Below are positions 58,632 to 64,000 of a DNA stretch of 64,000 bases, in pieces; position 1 is the stretch's first letter; the number at the start of each line of letters is the position of its first letter. A model generated the notes under the pieces. The model saw only the letters and a list, made by a program, of their open reading frames with translations, searched no databases and was not told where the DNA came from. This DNA comes from Deltaproteobacteria bacterium. GTDB lineage: Bacteria > Desulfobacterota > Syntrophia > Syntrophales > UBA2192. The stretch covers positions 5,895 to 69,894 of the forward strand of contig JAAYEC010000034.1 in assembly GCA_012728915.1 (NCBI GenBank), given 5' to 3'. The position numbers were made by a program, and so were the translations under genes.

Positions 58632-59960
58632 ATGTTGAATTTCTCCCTGACCCCCGAACAGATCGCGTTGAGAGACAAGGCCCGCCGGTTCGCCCTGGAC
58701 GAGGTGCTCCCCGTCGCATGGCACTACGACGAGAAGGACGATCTACCCCTGTACATCCTCAGGAAGGCATGGGACGAGGGGATCATGAATCTCACCATCC
58801 CCGTGAAATACGGGGGACAGGGGCGGGGCCTTCTGGAAAGCGCCCTGGTGGTCGAGGAAATCTCGGCCGCCTGCGCGGGGCTGGCCACCTCGATCTTCGA
58901 CAACTCCCTGGGCACGGAGCCGCTGATCCTGTCGAGAAACGAAAGGCTCCGGGACAAGTACCTTCCCGTTCTGGCGAAGGATTTCAAGCTCATCTGCTTC
59001 GCCACGTCGGAGCCGCTTGCCGGTTCGGATGTTGCGGGCATGCGCTGCAAGGCCGAGAAATCCGGCGGGGACTACATCCTCAACGGAACCAAGTACTGGA
59101 TCACCAACGCCGGGGTGGCCGACTACTTCTCCATTTTCGCCACCGTCGATGCGTCCCTCGGGCACAAGGGCATCGCGGCGTTTCTCGTCGAGAAGGGCCA
59201 GGACGGGGTCACGACGGGCCGGCCTATCCCGAAGATGGGTCAGCGCAGCTCGAACACCGCGGGCATTCATCTCACGAACGTGCGGGTTCCTGCGGAAAAC
59301 GTGCTGGCGCAGCCCGGCGAAGGCTTCTTGATGGCCATGACCACCTTCGCCCACACGAGGCCCATCATCGGCTCCTTCGGCGTCGGCGCCGCCCGGTCGG
59401 CCATGGAGATGGCCATCGATTACGCGAAAAAACGACGGGCCTTCGGAGCCCGCCTGGCGGACTTCCAGGCCATCGACTTCAAGATCGCCGAGATGTACCA
59501 GAAGGTGGAAACGGCGAGACTGCTCACCTGGAAAGCCGCCTGGGAGAACGATTCCGGGATGGACCCGACCATTACGGCCTCCATCGCGAAGTTCTACGCC
59601 ACCGAGGCGGCCTTCGAGGTCGTGAGCGAGGCCCTGCAGATCCTGGGCGGCTACGGCTACACCCGCCTGTTTCCCGTGGAAAAGCTCCTGCGCGACATGC
59701 GCCTGCCGATGATCTACGAGGGGACAAGCGAGATCCAGCGGATCGTCGTCTCCCGGTACCTGCTTGAAGGCTACCGTTCCGTCATGCCGGCCCTCGAGGA
59801 TTTCCCGCTTCTTGCGGCGCACGACGTCCATCTCGAAAAGGAAACCGTCGCGTGGCGCTGCCGGATCTGCGGGCACACGCACTACGGACCGGAACCTCCC
59901 GAGCAATGCCCGCACTGTTTCTTCCCGAAGGCGGCCTTCAGGAAGGTCTGGCCGAAGTGA
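58632..59960 (+). CDS. acyl-CoA dehydrogenase with a C-terminal rubrerythrin-type Cys4 (rubredoxin-like) domain
   Basis: ACAD N/M/C domains with the catalytic Glu context IYEGTSEIQR. Tail WRCRICGHTHYGPEPPEQCPHCFFPKAAF (CxxC-12-CxxC). GGAAGGAGG precedes ATG 58632. Confidence 0.86.
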   Translation: MLNFSLTPEQIALRDKARRFALDEVLPVAWHYDEKDDLPLYILRKAWDEGIMNLTIPVKYGGQGRGLLESALVVEEISAACAGLATSIFDNSLGTEPLILSRNERLRDKYLPVLAKDFKLICFATSEPLAGSDVAGMRCKAEKSGGDYILNGTKYWITNAGVADYFSIFATVDASLGHKGIAAFLVEKGQDGVTTGRPIPKMGQRSSNTAGIHLTNVRVPAENVLAQPGEGFLMAMTTFAHTRPIIGSFGVGAARSAMEMAIDYAKKRRAFGARLADFQAIDFKIAEMYQKVETARLLTWKAAWENDSGMDPTITASIAKFYATEAAFEVVSEALQILGGYGYTRLFPVEKLLRDMRLPMIYEGTSEIQRIVVSRYLLEGYRSVMPALEDFPLLAAHDVHLEKETVAWRCRICGHTHYGPEPPEQCPHCFFPKAAFRKVWPK

Positions 59961-60056
59961 GCGGTCGCCGGACGGGCCCGACGGCCGTTCGTGAGGCGAC
60001 CCGTTGAGTCACGTCTCTCATGTCATGGATAAAATCGGGATAAGGAGGGATTGGAC

Positions 60057-60221
60057 GTGCCGACCTACGAATTTCGATGTGAGGACTGCAGGAAGAATTT
60101 CTCGGTCGTCATGAGCATGGCGGAGCGGGACAAGGGAAACGTCCGCTGTCCCGTCTGCAGGAAAAAAAATGTGAAGCAGCAGCTTTCCACGTTCCTGACG
60201 AAAACGAGCCGGAAAAGCTGA
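60057..60221 (+). CDS. FmdB-family zinc-ribbon protein (54 aa)
   Basis: AAGGAGG 6 nt before GTG 60057. Translation (M)PTYEFRCEDCRKNFSVVMSMAERDKGNVRCPVCRKKNVKQQLSTFL... carries the PxYEYxCxxC ... CPxC signature. Too short for the ORF track. Confidence 0.75.
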   Translation: MPTYEFRCEDCRKNFSVVMSMAERDKGNVRCPVCRKKNVKQQLSTFLTKTSRKS

Positions 60222-60255
60222 CCCCGACTGCCGCGCGAACCGGGACAGCAGGCCG

Positions 60256-60810
60256 TCAACGTCCTTCCTCCCTGCGCAGGGCGTCCGCGACCAGCAGGAG
60301 GGCGAGGGCTGTCTTGCCATCGGTGATCCTGCCGTCGCGGATCATGGCCAAGGCGTCCTGAAGACGGCAGGTCATGATCTCGATGTCTTCGTCTTCATCG
60401 GGCTCCAGTGGAGCCTCGACGAGGTCGAAGGCCGCGTAGAAATGCATGAACTCGTCCGCGTATCCGGGCACGAGATAGCCACCGAAGAGTTTCACCAGCC
60501 GGCCCGCCCGATACCCCGTCTCCTCGGCCAGCTCGCGTTGCACGCAATCCTCGGGAGACCGGTCTCCGGGGTCCATGGTACCGGCCGGGATTTCGATCAG
60601 CGAGCCGCCGACCGCATGCCGGTGCTGCCGGATCAGCAGGATGTCGCCGTTGCCCAGCACAGGCACGATCCCGACGGTGGGGCGGTGCTCGATCCTGCTT
60701 CGCCGGACGGACCTCCCGTTCGGCAGTTTGATCTCGTCTTCGTAAAGCGTAAAGATGGCCCCCCTGTACACCGGGGTCGACCGGCCGCCGTCCGCGCTCC
60801 GTCCGCCCAT
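60256..60810 (-). CDS. NUDIX hydrolase (ADP-ribose pyrophosphatase-like)
   Basis: Nudix box context GTMDPGDRSPEDCVQRELAEETGY. Start taken at ATG 60810. Confidence 0.85.
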   Translation of the reverse strand: MGGRSADGGRSTPVYRGAIFTLYEDEIKLPNGRSVRRSRIEHRPTVGIVPVLGNGDILLIRQHRHAVGGSLIEIPAGTMDPGDRSPEDCVQRELAEETGYRAGRLVKLFGGYLVPGYADEFMHFYAAFDLVEAPLEPDEDEDIEIMTCRLQDALAMIRDGRITDGKTALALLLVADALRREEGR

Positions 60811-60818
60811 CACCGGCC

Positions 60819-61265
60819 TCACTTCCTGACGACGAGGATGGACACCCGGGATTCGCTCTGGAGGATCCCGTAGGCGATGCTCCCCATCCCCGACCCGATC
60901 CCGCTCCTGCCGTGGGATCCCATGACCAGCAAGTCGGCCTTCGTGCGCCGCGCCTCCTTGAGGATCTCCTCGACGGGATGACCCATGCGGATGACCATGT
61001 CCGGCTTGACGCCCCGCTGTTTGCACCACCCGGCATCCGCGGCGAGATAGGCCCCGGCAACCTGCATGAGGTAGTCCTCGACAGGCTCAGCGATGCGGGC
61101 GGGCGAGACCTCGGCGGGCATCGTCCGGCCCACGTACAATCGGTTGTCGACCACCCCGACAAGGGTCAGCGCAGCCCGCCACCTCTTCGCCATCTCGACG
61201 GCCGCCTTGAGCGCGCGCCGGGATGTCTTCGACCCGTCCGATGCCATCAGGATCTTCTTGATCAT
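60819..61265 (-). CDS. universal stress protein (UspA family)
   Basis: MIKKILMASDGS ... ADLLVMGSHGRSGIGSGMGS, an ATP-binding USP motif. Confidence 0.88.
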   Translation of the reverse strand: MIKKILMASDGSKTSRRALKAAVEMAKRWRAALTLVGVVDNRLYVGRTMPAEVSPARIAEPVEDYLMQVAGAYLAADAGWCKQRGVKPDMVIRMGHPVEEILKEARRTKADLLVMGSHGRSGIGSGMGSIAYGILQSESRVSILVVRK

Positions 61266-61362
61266 TGCACTGCCTCCCTGCTGTGATCGGCCTCCAAGCC
61301 GGCTCGTTCCCGCCGTCGAACATCCGGACCGCGGGCAAATCGCGGGGACGGCGGAATCTCCG

Positions 61363-62109
61363 TCACCTGCCGCCTGCTGCCGTCAGTTCCGCGTACAGCC
61401 TCCTTCCGATCTTCATGCCCCGGTCGATGAAATCGGGACCGTACCTGCGGCCCGTTTCACTGCGGAAGGTCTCCCGGATTCTGCCGACCCCTTCCAGTCC
61501 CTTCATAAAACGGCCGAGCACCGCGGACAGGGGGACATCCCGTCGCGCGACCATGTCCCACAGCATCTCCGAAAAGTTGTCGGGCCCCCAGCGGAATTTG
61601 TCTGCATCGTAGAGCGCATCGGAGAGGAGTTGTCCGTCCGCATCGCCCATGGGCCGTGACGGACGGAAGGCCTCGTGGTTCGCGACGGCCCTCGCGATGG
61701 TGTCCCGTTCATCCTCCCGGAGAGCGAAAGCCCTCAGGAGGCGTCGCGCCTCCTCGGCTCCCCTGAGGGCGTGTTCTTTTTCCTCCCGGCGGATGTCGTG
61801 AAGGACGCCGGCCACGTGGGCCAGCGTGACAAGCCTTCGAACCCCGCCCGCCGGATCCGCAGGTCCCCGCTCAACCAGGATGATGGCACCCGCATCCACG
61901 GCGACCTTGGTCGCGTGCCCCAGCCCATGACCGGCGGGGTCCGGCCTTGCGCCCAACTCGTCGACGGCCCTCCGGACCAGGGGATCCTCCCTGAACAGGG
62001 CGGCGGAGGTCTCGACATGAATCCTCTCGCGTCCGTAAAAGAGGGGCTCGCCGACCTCGCGGACGAGCCGCCGTGCGATTTCCTGCGCGTCTCGGTACTC
62101 CTGTCTCAC
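61363..62109 (-). CDS. HD-domain protein
   Basis: HGLGHATKV ... LHDI (H...HD signature) in a 248-aa soluble protein. Confidence 0.68.
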   Translation of the reverse strand: MRQEYRDAQEIARRLVREVGEPLFYGRERIHVETSAALFREDPLVRRAVDELGARPDPAGHGLGHATKVAVDAGAIILVERGPADPAGGVRRLVTLAHVAGVLHDIRREEKEHALRGAEEARRLLRAFALREDERDTIARAVANHEAFRPSRPMGDADGQLLSDALYDADKFRWGPDNFSEMLWDMVARRDVPLSAVLGRFMKGLEGVGRIRETFRSETGRRYGPDFIDRGMKIGRRLYAELTAAGGR

Positions 62110-62214
62110 ATCCCCCCCGCCCGGACCTGCGTTGCCGCCTTCGGCATATCGTTCCGGCGTCAGCTTAGCACGGAACAGGCGGGAACGGTAGGGGGTCCAT
62201 GCGGCGATTCCCGT

Positions 62215-63558
62215 TCAGGGGATCCGGACCAGGACGCGAACGAGCTGCTCCAGGTGGCGCAGCGTGCTGCACTCCATGACCAGGTCGCAGAGGCGCGCGT
62301 ACCGCCGCATCTCCGAGTCGCCCGTTCCCCACATGGGGGGCGTTTCAGGGTTGAGCCAGATAAGACGCCGGCAGCGGTCGGCGATTTGTTTCAGGAGTCC
62401 CTCGGCCGGATCGCCGTAGTTGCTCCGGGCGTCGCCCAGGATGATCACCGTGGTCTTACCCGTGACCGCATCGAGATGGCGGTTCGTAAAATCCCAGAAG
62501 GCACTCCCGTAGTCGGTGCGCCCCATGTGAATGTCGAGACCCTCGCCCGTCCGGAGACGTTCGACGGCCTCCGCGAGGGGACAACGCTCGAAGATGTCAC
62601 TGACCTCGAGCAGGCTGGAGCAGAACACGAAGGAGCGGACCCGCGCCACGACCTCGTTGAGACCGTAGAGCATGAGCAGGCAGAACCGCACAACGGTGGA
62701 CATGGAGCGGCTCACATCGCAGAGGATGACCACGTCGGGCCGGTTGACCTTTTTCTGTTTCCAGCTGATGTCGAACAGGAGCCCCCCGTGATGCATGTTG
62801 GCCCTCAGCGTCCGTTTGAAATCGAGAGCCCCGCGCTTCGAGCGCCGGCGTCGGCGGGAGTAGCGGTCGTTCATCCGCTTGACCAGTTTCCGAATGAGGA
62901 AATGCATGCGCTCGTAATGCCGCTCCTCGAGTTCCGTAAGCCTCACGTCCCAGAGATAGCGCTCGATGACACGCTCGGTGCTCTCCCGGGCATAGATCTC
63001 ATACTGTTCCTCGACATACCGCCGGACCATGTCTACGACGGCATCCCGGCCCTGCTCGATCCGGCGCGCCGTGCCCCCGGCCCCCGCGCTTCCGTCCGGG
63101 GAGAGATCCGCCACGAACCGGTCGAGCTGGTCGAGGTTCAGGGCCTGGAGGATCCGGGCCGTGAACATCCCGCGCTGCGTGAAGAAGCGGATGGACTGCA
63201 GATCGGCCGACCGCGCCGCATCCCTCACGGCCAGCGCGATACCCCCGAGATCGCCCTCCAGGATCATGCCCCCGATCGGCGGCAGTACGGCGGAAGGCTC
63301 CCCGGCGGCCGGCTCCGCAGCCGGCGCCAGCTCGGAAGGGAGCGGGTGGAAGGAAAAGAACCGCTCGAAGCAGTCATCGAAGATTTCCTTTTCGGCAACG
63401 GATTTTGCGAGGGTGGCCCCCAGGCTGCTCTTGACGACCGGGCGGTCGCCGTAGCCGGAGATCGCGAGGGCCTGCGCGGCGTCGATGCTCTCCGACACCG
63501 ACACGGGAACGCCGGCCCCCCGCAGGGCGACGATGAAGCGGTTCAGAACGCGGTCCAT
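62215..63558 (-). CDS. VWA-domain protein (CoxE-like), partner of a MoxR ATPase
   Basis: Starts MDRVLNRFIVALRGAGVPVS. C-terminal VWA with a MIDAS-like DVSRSM motif. ATG 63558 shares one nucleotide with the moxR stop codon (TGATG). Confidence 0.78.
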   Translation of the reverse strand: MDRVLNRFIVALRGAGVPVSVSESIDAAQALAISGYGDRPVVKSSLGATLAKSVAEKEIFDDCFERFFSFHPLPSELAPAAEPAAGEPSAVLPPIGGMILEGDLGGIALAVRDAARSADLQSIRFFTQRGMFTARILQALNLDQLDRFVADLSPDGSAGAGGTARRIEQGRDAVVDMVRRYVEEQYEIYARESTERVIERYLWDVRLTELEERHYERMHFLIRKLVKRMNDRYSRRRRRSKRGALDFKRTLRANMHHGGLLFDISWKQKKVNRPDVVILCDVSRSMSTVVRFCLLMLYGLNEVVARVRSFVFCSSLLEVSDIFERCPLAEAVERLRTGEGLDIHMGRTDYGSAFWDFTNRHLDAVTGKTTVIILGDARSNYGDPAEGLLKQIADRCRRLIWLNPETPPMWGTGDSEMRRYARLCDLVMECSTLRHLEQLVRVLVRIP

Positions 63559-64000
63559 CAGGCCGTTTCCCTGATCGCCTTGTCGACGAGCAGAAAGATC
63601 TTCTCGTCGACGGCCCGGATGTCCTCTTCGAACTTCAGGAAGGTGTTGAGGGTCTTGCGGGTCAGGTCCCGGTCCAGCCCCTCCGCGTGCAGCAGGATGA
63701 GGGCTCGCGCCCAGTCGATCGTCTCGCTGATCGAGGGGGCCTTTTTCAGCTCCATCCTTCTGACCTCGTGGATGAACAGGACGAGCTGTTTTTCCAGCCG
63801 CTCGGGGATGCCGGGCACATGGTGCCGGACGATCTGCCGTTCGAGATCGGGGTCCGGGAACGGAATGAAGAGATGGAGGCACCGTCTCTTCAGCGCCTCG
63901 CTGAGCTCTCGGGTGCTGTTGCTCGTGAGAAAGACGAAGGGCTTCGTGCGCGAGCGCACGGTCCCGATCTCGGGGATCGACACCTGGAAGTCCGACAGGA
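63558..64000 (-). CDS. MoxR-like AAA+ ATPase (CoxD-like), 5' end outside the window
   Basis: C-terminal AAA lid region (FVFLTSNSTRELSEALKRRCLHLFIPFPD). The frame stays open to the window edge. Confidence 0.85.
   Translation of the reverse strand, partial: LSDFQVSIPEIGTVRSRTKPFVFLTSNSTRELSEALKRRCLHLFIPFPDPDLERQIVRHHVPGIPERLEKQLVLFIHEVRRMELKKAPSISETIDWARALILLHAEGLDRDLTRKTLNTFLKFEEDIRAVDEKIFLLVDKAIRETA

Overview
GC-rich, densely coding chromosomal segment from a Gram-negative bacterium. Gene content and the sigma-54-dependent pilS-pilR-pilA arrangement suggest a deltaproteobacterial/Thermodesulfobacteriota-like lineage, but I cannot prove that from the sequence. I support about 55 protein genes and see no rRNA, tRNA, CRISPR array or IS element. 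Most very long ORFs in the track that lie antisense to these genes are Arg/Gly/Pro/Ala-rich GC shadows. Main blocks: (i) housekeeping genes (aminotransferase, adk, lepA, hemW, a 29-aa bS22-like micro-ORF missing from the ORF track); (ii) an envelope-lipid modification cluster (GT39/ArnT-like, GtrA, GT9, PAP2); (iii) HAD, small membrane protein, SPFH, NfeD, UDG and coaBC, all on the minus strand; (iv) the classical kdsA-kdsC-lptC-lptA-lptB-rpoN-hpf-ptsN-rapZ cluster, preceded by a large TPR protein; (v) xerD; (vi) the most unusual region: pilS-pilR, a textbook sigma-54 promoter, and a Cys-free, Ser/Thr-rich type IV pilin, followed by three tandem paralogues of a multi-pass membrane domain fused to TPRs (TMTC-like architecture), a fourth ArnT/PMT-like GT-C protein, a Dpm1/ArnC-type GT2 and a SAM methyltransferase. 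I propose this block as a candidate lipid-linked-monosaccharide protein O-glycosylation system, possibly targeting the pilin; (vii) comEC, hisS, aspS; (viii) an HMGL-family (Re-citrate/homocitrate synthase-like) enzyme with a C-terminal Cache-like domain, preceded by a promoter, leader ORF and terminator; (ix) uvrD, a second adk, a cytidylate-kinase-like gene, a CoA-transferase-GNAT fusion, a LysM-NlpC/P60 hydrolase, an acyl-CoA dehydrogenase with a rubrerythrin-type Cys4 tail, an FmdB zinc ribbon (also missing from the ORF track), and NUDIX, USP, HD, VWA and MoxR genes. All functional calls rest on motifs I recognise in the translations. No database search was run.
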